A DNA stretch of 64,000 nucleotides from Balanoglossus misakiensis (Eukaryota > Animalia > Hemichordata), in contig CM082588.2 in the NCBI GenBank assembly GCA_040954595.2, positions 6,894,202 to 6,958,201 of the forward strand, in the 5' to 3' direction. Below the pieces are notes generated by a model. The model did no database searches, was not told the DNA's origin, and saw nothing but the letters and a program-made list of their open reading frames with translations. Positions 40,969 through 51,200 of this stretch are shown one piece after another. The stretch's first letter is position 1, and each line of letters starts with the position of its first letter. A program made the position numbers and the translations under genes.

Positions 40969-42954
40969 ATATGCAGAATAAAGATATAAATCAGTTGCTC
41001 AGAGATAAGAATGAAGCCTATATACGCACAAACAACAATATTATTGTTTACTGTTAAATGTTAGAACGGACTACAATTCTATTGTCAACAATAACAAGGT
41101 AATTTACCAAAAGACAAAAAAGAGCGAAATAACCATCAACAGTTACAACTACTTCAATCCCTTTTAAGAGTCATCGATTTCTAATGCAAGATTATCTATA
41201 CCAGACTCTGGCGTCGAGTCAGAAATGACGTTCCTCATTTCAATAGAAGCAGAGATTGAATTTATGGTGGGCATCGCTTCGCTTGGTCGTGGACTATCAT
41301 GGCGGGCGTTGTGTGATGAACCGTCGACTTGAGCGCTACTCGTCGACACCTCTCCCGGGTTTCTTGATTTGCGAGCGGGTTTGCGCTTCGGAGAGCCCCT
41401 TCTGCCGGACACGAAGCAACAGAGCTGTTCTCGGAATCTGCTGGACATGAGGCAGTAGATGATGGGATTGGCCATGCTACCACAGAACGAGATGGCGTAC
41501 ACCAGACGAGAGTAATACAGGTTGAGCGGTATGGCGTCCAACGAAAGGAGAACCCCAAAAAGTCCAATTGGCAAATAGGTGGCGATGAAAGTCAAGACCA
41601 GAACTAAGCAAATACGGATGGTGGCCAAGTCACGTTTATTTATGTGGGATTTATTCTGTGTCAATGATTTGGCAGTTTTCCGTTGTTTCTGTTTCAGCCA
41701 GAAAATATAACCATAGGATACACTGACCATCAGAAGTGTGCTAAACACGATACCAACAGCAAGTTTATTGATTAATCCCGCGATCTGTGGAGGGGTGCTT
41801 TCGATTAGACAAAATCGATGCGGAGTTAGTAAAGCTCGAGGAAAGGCATGACTTATACCGACAAGAAAGCTGATACAAATCGATGCCACTATAGTTATCT
41901 TCATTCCAAACGGGGAGAACTTCCCGCTTACGCCCATCGCCCGAGTCACGCTGAGTAGTCCGAGACTCGAGCAGGACACCGTTATTGACAGGAACCAGGT
42001 GAAGACGTAGGCTCTGCAAATATACAGCGAAGCGTCCCTTACGAAGATATTTGTGCCGTTCAGTAAGAATTCGATGTTTGTGACAAACACCAGCGGCCCT
42101 ATGAGAGCGCAAGTCAGCAGGTCGACGACGGCGATAGTCACCAGTTGAACGTTGGGCGGTGTCCGTAGTTTCTTGACTGTGCCGACGATCCAACAGACAA
42201 GAATGTTTCCACTTGACCCAATAACGATGACGGGAACAATGATGACGATGCTGAGTATGAGACAGATCAATTCACTTTCAGTTCGAAACTCAAAACTGAC
42301 CGTCTGGTTTGTCAAATATGACACATTCATGTCCGTATGCGTTGCGGGATAGCACCAGCTCGATCAACAGGGAAAGCTCTTCAATCAAACGCGGAGAGGC
42401 TGGAAACAAAGTTAGACTTCAATCGCCGTGACAGGATTACTCCGAACAAGCATATGCCTGATGTGATCTTCCTTGCAGGATTGAAACGTCTGTCTCCAAG
42501 GTGGGATTACAGAGCAATAAGTAAAACGTGAATTATATAATAGCATCCGCCATTCTGATCGGACGAGAGCTCAATCCAGCGATGCTAAAAAAAAAACTCA
42601 TATAGCACTGCTGGCAGTGGTAAAACGGGCCCTTGACGGTTCATGCTATTAGTCTCGAATTGTACCCAAATCTCGCGTATACCCGCCTGCGGCGGGGTTA
42701 TTGCTTAAATGCTCAACCGGAGATAGCTCTTGAATTACACGCGAAGAGGATGGACGTTTCCATGGAATCTCCAGGATGCAGCGAAACGTTTACCAATTAA
42801 GAACAAATTGGATGAAGATGACACCTGGGACTACTATACCTTACAAGGTATATTCGTCTCAGGTGATCCTGATGAACAATTGGAAAAAGGTGTGACGCGT
42901 CGCTAAGACAACGTTATCCCCTTCCTGTCCGCCACTCACTCCCTAAGAACATAT
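40969..42954 (-). repeat. Segmental duplication unit carrying GPCR copy 1 (inverted relative to copies 2 and 3)
   Basis: Reverse complement aligns by eye with 44580-46520 over its full length and with 43095-44584 over the gene and 3' flank. Confidence 0.9.
41164..42330 (-). CDS. Class A (rhodopsin-like) orphan GPCR, intronless CDS, copy 1 (388 aa)
   Basis: Seven hydrophobic segments; GN in TM1, LRTP after TM1, D in TM2, Cys at top of TM3, TRA at the DRY position, SY in TM5, P in TM6, NPIIY in TM7, CC after helix 8; N-glycosylation sequons NVS and NQT. Confidence 0.93.
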   Translation of the reverse strand: MNVSYLTNQTVSFEFRTESELICLILSIVIIVPVIVIGSSGNILVCWIVGTVKKLRTPPNVQLVTIAVVDLLTCALIGPLVFVTNIEFLLNGTNIFVRDASLYICRAYVFTWFLSITVSCSSLGLLSVTRAMGVSGKFSPFGMKITIVASICISFLVGISHAFPRALLTPHRFCLIESTPPQIAGLINKLAVGIVFSTLLMVSVSYGYIFWLKQKQRKTAKSLTQNKSHINKRDLATIRICLVLVLTFIATYLPIGLFGVLLSLDAIPLNLYYSRLVYAISFCGSMANPIIYCLMSSRFREQLCCFVSGRRGSPKRKPARKSRNPGEVSTSSAQVDGSSHNARHDSPRPSEAMPTINSISASIEMRNVISDSTPESGIDNLALEIDDS

Positions 42955-43094
42955 CATTATCTTCAGTGGTATCTTTCGGAAGCAGCGAAACGTTTAACAT
43001 GAACAAATTTGCATCTGGAGCTTAGATGTGGTACTAATTACCTGGAATTGGCAATTCGAAAAAGGGCACGGTGGAATATCGCTAAGGCAACGTT

Positions 43095-44584
43095 GTTTGT
43101 TCGGAGTAATCCTGTCACGGCGATTGAAGTCTAACTTTGTTTCCAGCCTCTCCGCGTTTGATTGAAGAGCTTTCCCTGTTGATCGAGCTGGTGTTATCCC
43201 GCAACGCATACGGACATGAATGTGTCATATTTGACAAACCAGACGGTCAGTTTTGAGTTTCGAACTGAAAGTGAATTGATCTGTCTCATACTCAGCATCG
43301 TCATCATTGTTCCCGTCATCGTGATTGGGTCAAGTGGAAACATTCTTGTCTGTTGGATCGTCGGCACAGTCAAGAAACTACGGACACCGGCCAACATTCA
43401 ACTGGTGACTGTCGCCATCGTCGACCTGCTGACCAGCGCTCTCATAGGGCCGTTGGTGTTTGTCGCAAACATCGTCTTCTTACTGACCGGCACAAATTTC
43501 TTCGAGAATGACGTTTCGCTGAATATTTGCAGGGTGTACGCCTTCATTGCGTTCCTGTCGTTAACGGTGTCCTGCTCGAGTCTCGGACTACTCAGCGTGA
43601 CTCGGGCGATGGGCGTAAGCGGGAAGTTCTCACCGTTTATAATGAAGATAACTATAGTGGCATCGATTTGTATCAGCTTTTTTGTCGGTACAAGTCATGC
43701 CTTTCTTCGAGCTTTGGTGACTCCGCATCGATTTTGTCTAATCGATAAACTCCCGAGTCCACAGATCGTTGGAGTCATCAATAAACTTGCTGTTGGTATC
43801 GTATTTAGCACACTTCTGATGGTCAGTGTATCCTATGGTTATATTTTCTGGCTGAAACAGAAACAACGGAAAACTGCCAAATCCTTGACACAGAATAAAT
43901 CCCACATAAATAAACGCGACTTGGCCACCATCCGTATTTGCTTAGTTCTGGTCCTGACTTTCATCGCCACCTATTTGCCAATTGGAGTTTTTGCGTTTCT
44001 GCACTCGCTGGATGCCATACCGCTCAACCTGTACTACTCACGTCTGATGTACGCCATCTCGTTCTGTGGTAGCATGGCCAATCCCATCATCTACTGCCTC
44101 ATGTCCAGCAGATTCCGAGAACAGCTCTGTTGCTTCGTGTCCGGCAGAAGGGGCACTCCGAAGCGCAAACCCGCTCACAAATCAAGAAACCCGGGAGAGG
44201 TGTCGACGAGTAGCGCTCAAGTCGACGGTTCATCACACAACGCCCGCCATGATAGTCCACGACCAAGCGAGGCGATGCCCACCATAAATTCAATCTCCGC
44301 TTCTATTAAAATGAGCAACGTCATTTCTGCAGACTCGACGCCAGAGTCTGGTATAGATAATCTTGCATTAGAAATCGATGACTCTTAAAAGGGATTGAAA
44401 TAGTTGTAACTGTTGATGGTTATTTCGCTCTTTTTTGTCTTTTGGTAAATTACCTTGTTATTGTTGACAATAGAATCGCAGTCCGTTCTAACATTTAACT
44501 GTAAACAATAATATTGTTGTTTGTGCGTATATAGGCTTCATTCTTATCTCTGAGCAACCGATTTATATCTTTATTCTGCATATG
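43095..44584 (+). repeat. Segmental duplication unit carrying GPCR copy 2 (5'-truncated)
   Basis: Shares only ~120 bp upstream of the ATG with the other units; 3' flank shared up to TTCTGCATATG. Confidence 0.9.
43216..44388 (+). CDS. Class A orphan GPCR, copy 2 (390 aa)
   Basis: Intact ORF, close paralog of copies 1 and 3 (first 53 aa identical), same 7TM motifs. Confidence 0.93.
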   Translation: MNVSYLTNQTVSFEFRTESELICLILSIVIIVPVIVIGSSGNILVCWIVGTVKKLRTPANIQLVTVAIVDLLTSALIGPLVFVANIVFLLTGTNFFENDVSLNICRVYAFIAFLSLTVSCSSLGLLSVTRAMGVSGKFSPFIMKITIVASICISFFVGTSHAFLRALVTPHRFCLIDKLPSPQIVGVINKLAVGIVFSTLLMVSVSYGYIFWLKQKQRKTAKSLTQNKSHINKRDLATIRICLVLVLTFIATYLPIGVFAFLHSLDAIPLNLYYSRLMYAISFCGSMANPIIYCLMSSRFREQLCCFVSGRRGTPKRKPAHKSRNPGEVSTSSAQVDGSSHNARHDSPRPSEAMPTINSISASIKMSNVISADSTPESGIDNLALEIDDS

Positions 44585-46520
44585 TTCTTAAGGAGTGAGT
44601 GAAAGGGCAGGAAGGGGATAACGTTGTCTTAGCGACGCGTCACACCTTTTTCCAATCGCTCATCAGTGTCACCTTCATCCAATTTGTTCATGGGAAACGT
44701 TTCGCTCCATCCTGGAGATTCCATGGAAACGTCCATCCTCTTCGCGTGTAATTCAAGAGCTATCTCCGGTTGAGCATTTAAGCAATAACCCCCGCCACAG
44801 GCGGGTATTCGCGAGCTTTGGGTACAATTCGAGACGAATAGCACGAGCCGTCAAGGACCCGTTTTACCACTGCCAGCAGAGCTATATGAGTTTTTTTTAG
44901 CATTGCTGGATTGAGCTCTCGTCCAATCAGAATGGCTGATGGTAGCATGATATAATATAATTCACGTTTTACTTATTGCTCTGTAATCCCACCTTGAAGA
45001 CAGGCGTTTCACTCCTGCAAGGAAGATCACATCAGGCATACGTTTGTTCGGAGTAATCCTGTCACGGCGATTGAAGTCTAACTTTGTTTCCAGCCTCTCC
45101 GCGTTTGATTGAAGAGCTTTCCCTGTTGATCGAGCTGGTGCTATCCCGCAACGCATACGGACATGAATGTGTCATATTTGACAAACCAGACGGTCAGTTT
45201 TGAGTTTCGAACTGAAAGTGAATTGATCTGTCTCATACTCAGCATCGTCATCATTGTTCCCGTCATCGTGATTGGGTCAAGTGGAAACATTCTTGTCTGT
45301 TGGATCGTCGGCACAGTCAAGGAACTACGGACACCGCCCAACATTCAACTGGTGACTATCGCCGTCGTCGACCTGATGACCTGCGCTCTCATAGCACCGC
45401 TGGTGTTTGTCACAAACATCGAATTCTTACTAACCGGCACAAATTTCCTCGAGAGGGACGCTTCGCTGAATATTTGCAGGGTGTACGCCTTCTTTGCGCT
45501 CCTGTCAATAACGGTGTCCTGCTCGAGTCTCGGACTACTCAGCGTGACTCGGGCGATGGGCGTAAGCGGGAAGTTCTCCCCGTTTGGAATGAAGATAACT
45601 ATAGTGGCATCGATTTGTATCAGCTTTTTTGTCGGTACAAGTCATGCCCTTCTCCAAGCTTTGCTGACACCGCAGCGATTATGTCAAATCGATGAACTCC
45701 CGAGTCCACAGATCGTTGCCGTCATCACTAAGATTCCTGTTAGTATCGTATCTAGCACACTTCTAATGGTCAGTGTATCCTATAGTTACATTTTCTGGCT
45801 GAAACAGAAACAACGGAAAACTGCCAGATCATTGACACAGAATAAATCCCACATAAATAAACGCGACTTGGCCACCGTCCGTATTTGCTTAGTTCTGGTC
45901 TTGACTTTCATCGCCACCTATTTGCCAATTGGACTTTTTGCGTTTCTCCTTTCGTTGGAGGCCACACCGCGCAACCCGTATTACTCCCGTCTGGTGTACG
46001 CCATCTCGTTCTGTGGTAGCATGGCCAATCCCATCATCTACTGCCTCATGTCCAGCAGATTCCGAGAACAGCTCTGTTGCTTCGTGTCCGGCAGAAGGGG
46101 CTCATCGAAGCGCAAACCCGCTCACAAATCAAGAAACTCGGGAGAGGTGTCGACGACTCAAGTCGACGGTTCATCACACAACGCCCGCCATGATAGTCCA
46201 CGACCAAGCGAAGCGATGCCCACCATAAATTCAATCTCCGCTTCTATTGAAATGAGCAACGTCATTTCTGACTCGACGCCAGAGTCTGGTATAGATAATC
46301 TTGCATTAGAAATCGATGACTCTTAAAGGGGAAGTAGTTGTAACTGTTGATGGTTATTTCGCTCTTTTTTTGTCTTTTGGTAAAGTACCTTGTTATTGTT
46401 GACAATAGAATTGTAATCCGTTCCAGCATTTAACAGTAAACAATAATATTGTTGTTTGTGCGTATATAGGCTTCATATTCTTATCTCTGAGCAACAGATT
46501 TATGTCTTTATTCTGCATAT
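44580..46520 (+). repeat. Segmental duplication unit carrying GPCR copy 3
   Basis: Begins ATATGTTCTTAAGG and ends TTCTGCATAT; matches the reverse complement of 40969-42954 apart from a ~45 bp indel and smaller differences. Confidence 0.9.
45163..46326 (+). CDS. Class A orphan GPCR, copy 3 (387 aa)
   Basis: Intact ORF, close paralog of copies 1 and 2, same 7TM motifs. Confidence 0.93.
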   Translation: MNVSYLTNQTVSFEFRTESELICLILSIVIIVPVIVIGSSGNILVCWIVGTVKELRTPPNIQLVTIAVVDLMTCALIAPLVFVTNIEFLLTGTNFLERDASLNICRVYAFFALLSITVSCSSLGLLSVTRAMGVSGKFSPFGMKITIVASICISFFVGTSHALLQALLTPQRLCQIDELPSPQIVAVITKIPVSIVSSTLLMVSVSYSYIFWLKQKQRKTARSLTQNKSHINKRDLATVRICLVLVLTFIATYLPIGLFAFLLSLEATPRNPYYSRLVYAISFCGSMANPIIYCLMSSRFREQLCCFVSGRRGSSKRKPAHKSRNSGEVSTTQVDGSSHNARHDSPRPSEAMPTINSISASIEMSNVISDSTPESGIDNLALEIDDS

Positions 46521-47181
46521 TCAACACGGTGTGTGTTAGTGTGTGTTGTTTGCCGTAGACAGCGGTTGTTCGAAAACCCTTCAGTACCTTATGTGGGATT
46601 CGGTGGGGTGATGGCTGGTGCAATGTTTTTTTATTGAATCCTTCTAAGGCAAAGTGTAAGCGCGCTCGACATTCGGGAAGGGCTTCAACGGAAACTGGCC
46701 ACCGTGACAGCGGTATAGCACATCGCAGATTGCCCGCGTCCGAGACCCCGTCGCCGCAAAGCCAAGAATCGTCTTTCATCAACACAGTCGTCTCTTCTGC
46801 TTTGGTATAAAACACGGAGAATATCGATGCGAGAGCAGACACTGGTATAGACAACATTGCATAAGAAACTGACGAATATTGATGTCTGTGTACTTGTACT
46901 TTCAGTATCCGACAAGGCTGGCTTTGGTCATAGTGCAAAATGTTCTGTCACTGTGATAGTCGTGCCGTTCTTTACAGAAGACGCACATCTGAGCTGAATT
47001 TATAGACGTCATTTGTGAATTTATTAAATTTTCGCACTCTCAACTCCCTGTATCTTAATTAGTTTTTACCTTTGTAGAAATATATGCATTATATTGTATA
47101 TTGTATTGTAAACACTTCTATGTGGTGAAATAAATCATGTACGAATAAATGTTCGAAAATATCGTTTGTCGCTATGTACAA

Positions 47182-47612
<431 letters not shown>

Positions 47613-48223
47613 ACGGAGGGACGGATGGACGGTTCTCAAGGGTCGTAAGTCTTGTAGTCTAGAATCCAAACTCGTGTTTCTTCGCTTTGTGAGCGAGCAA
47701 AGCGAAAATACAATAGGCTTGGGGGCTTGGCTGTAAGGCCGAAGCCTTGGCTACACTCCCCGAAAAGTTACCTGCCTCTTTATTGTTCCAGTTGCCGCTC
47801 TTTGTGCGACCAGTCCTTTCTGAATTATTACAGCACAATGATATTCACACAGTTGTTTATTATTTACATAAAATACTATTTATTATAGACAAGACAAAAC
47901 GGCATCGTTACGCGAAGACTAGAACATCTGTATAAAAAGGAAACTATGATATTTTCCAGCTCGTACGCCAAAGCGCGTTGACCAGGTTAAATATAGGCAG
48001 GGTCAATAGTCAATAAAATGAGGTCAATGACAGCGCATTCAAATTGTTTAGTAAACCATGAAAGGGATTGGGGTCAACATTTACGTTTGCCCTGGCTGGT
48101 TAAGCTACAATCTATGTACGGAGAATGACTGCGTCATAGTCTTTGCTTGAATGTGCGCACGAGGCCAAACAAACCTGGTACATATACATATTAGTATTCT
48201 CCGAGCGAGGTGTGCTTCAAACT

Positions 48224-51200
48224 ATGGGCTGCTGCGCAAGTTGCCACCACTTAGAACTTGACATAGCCGACCCAGTGATACCTCTAGATGCTCGTGCGTA
48301 CAGAGGAGCAGCCGTGGAACACATTTTCATCGATGTCCCGGTAAAGCTGACAGTCAATTACCGTAAGTCTGTCGATGTTCTGTCGATAACATGGAGAGGG
48401 TTCCCACCTCCAATTTACATACATGTATACATGTATGGCCACAAAGGCTAAAACTGCGCATCTGAGTGTTCAAAAGAACATTTGGTGGCGATCTTTTTTT
48501 CGCGTGTGCCACCCACTGATTGGCTAGATCGCACTTTGCCATGGTAACTGTGGGTAAACTGGCACAGGTGACCGTATATACCTTTGAAATCAACACTGCG
48601 CGCGGCGAATTAAATGGAACACGGAAATTGAACACGACGGATATTGTGTCAAGGTCGACTTCGGATGCGTACAGATCTCGAGTGTCTGAAATTTGTTGTT
48701 ATTTATGATTTTCCCGACAATATCCACGCAGTTGACGCAACAGGTGGTTTTGGGGTTGGCCGTGGTCATGCCCAAAGTCCGAAGAACCGTTGATGTCAGT
48801 CTACTTCCGCTGTATTAAAGTGTAAGCATTTGTCATGCATAGAAAACGAAGAGACGGACCCAAAAAGCGAAATATTTACTTGAGGCAATACTTTTTCTGT
48901 TTTATTTTTACATGAACTATGACTCGTAATTTTGTATGTCTTGGCAGCCAGTAAGAAAGCAAAAGCAGGTAGTAAGCTACGTGTTTCATGTCACGCAGCG
49001 CTCGATCGATTGCGACCTTGTTGTTTGGCTCGGTCAATGACCTCTGTGTTTACGTCGCGGAAATTTCAGCCAGCTTAGGTTGAGATGCGACGTACCAAAT
49101 GGGCGATTTCAGAAATTATACTTCTTCTGTCGAAGTGCTATATACCCCAAAGCATATATGGGCTTATAGGGGGCCCGGTCGTGGACAGTACGAATCACTA
49201 GGCTACAATAGTCAAAACCTGTCTTACTAGTTTTGCAAAAACGTTATATAATTTCCAGTAGAAATTGGTGCGTTCACAAGTCTTAGTTACCATGGAAATC
49301 ACTTACCTTGTCTCAGATTTTTTATCTTTTCCTAGCATGCGTGTTGAGTGTAAGAAAAGTGTTGACTCGGCATTTTCCAAAATATTTTAAAATCTGTAAC
49401 TGAAAAATTAGGAAGGGAAGCTAGTTACACCCTGTTTTGTTTATTTGAAATTCATTGATATACAGTATATATAAAAATCAGAAGAAAAGACAATATTTTC
49501 AATTTTGAGTGGACTAATTATCTTCTTGATATTTTATTTTTTTCTCTTACATTCATTAGGAGGGGTGCCGGGCCTTTCCTTAAGCGACACCACTACAGAC
49601 ATAGATGCATATTACCCCCTGTTGGCTCAACAGTATGCAAATGGATTTGAACTTGTACAGTTCCACATGATTCCAGGACAGATCCAGCGCGCTGCAGTAC
49701 TCAGCAGGAATTTGGATCTCCAGTTCCAAGGGGTATTTGTCAGGCAACAAGATAGGTACGTTAGGCATGCAACCATTTCACATTTTTTTAAATTGCGATA
49801 AATTAATACTCGACTCCATTTCAACCACAGAGCATGTGAGACAAATTAAATATTGTAGTCTCGTTTGACCTTTTTTGGCGAATTTTATTCGTTATATAGT
49901 ACACTGTAAGTTGTCTGTATTGTTTGACTATATGGAAAGCTTACTTATAAATACCAGTCAACTGCACAGTATTTCTATGTACACTGTTGCAATCTTTATT
50001 TACCCGAAGAAATCATAACGTAATGAGAGTGGGTAAAAAATACAACCCTTTTTCATACAATGTTTATTCTGATATTCAATCCTAATATCAATCCTTTGAA
50101 CCCAATTCTTATGTGCCAAAACATGAAACTGTGGTACTAGTTAACATACCCGCCCCTGCATCGTTGCTAACCATGCACCAACTGTAGCTATTTACAGTAT
50201 ATGTTCACGATTTTGTACACACAGAAAATCAAATGAATGGCAGTTACATGTAGCTAAGAGTACAATAAGCCCGCGACTGACGAAGGTGTTCTCAGCTGTC
50301 AAAGATGTGACGTCAGATACAAGTCATTTGATGGGACAGGTAGGTCAAAGAGATTTGTCAACCCTGTTCAGAACAAACCAAATGATTGGAAACCTATTTA
50401 CAGCAAATGTTTACATTATCTTATGACCAGACTGCTGGTCGGCCTTTAACCCCATCCCCTCACTTTGGACATTATATTCTCTGTTGTACCACTATATGCA
50501 GCTTTCTTACAGGTAAGTGACTTCATATATTGCCATGTGTCATACTGATATGATAACCTATTGATGATAGACAATCACTCTTTATATCACACACACACAA
50601 GCCAAGTTTGTCATTGCTGAATAATCTGGTCGTTCTACGTCACAACAACGTGCGTACATGTCATCGGATCCGTGGTTCCGGAACTATTTTTTTTTGCGTA
50701 AACAAAATGGCGACCGCTTTATACGACCATAATGGTGGTTCACTTTTGCCCCCCCCCCCCACCCCCCTTTCACTCTGGACACTGTGATTGACTAAATAAT
50801 GTCATTTAAACCAGTATGGGCAGCTTTTTGACAGGTAATAATGTTTGCATTATTTTTCAGATCACTGACCTGAGTTCAAAGGGCGGAAGACTGATTTGTT
50901 TGGAGTGTTCCTTGTCATCACAGGGACCAACAGCTGGTCAAGCAATGAGAGGACGGGGAAGAGGTATGGCTTGCGGGTAAAAGATACTTAAACGTCATTG
51001 GCCTACCTATGTGAGTGATGAAAATCTCATATGGGCGACACAATTTCAAGATGGCCGGTTTTTGCCATGGTTGAGAAATGGAAGTACATAGGCCTATTTA
51101 AAGCTAAAGTGATACTGGGTCATTCTGAAACTAAACTAATAAAGTGTGATAAGAATGAGTAACATACTAACTACAAAGACAGAAATTTTTGACCAAAGGA

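Noticed and set aside
42337-45156. Repeated small ORFs MRCGI(A/T)PARS... antisense to the GPCR leaders
   Set aside because: They recur only because the DNA is duplicated; copy 2 diverges at the rearrangement junction and there is no coding signal.
46393-46938. 181-aa minus-strand ORF
   Set aside because: No recognisable motif, non-ATG start, and it runs across the GPCR duplication boundary.
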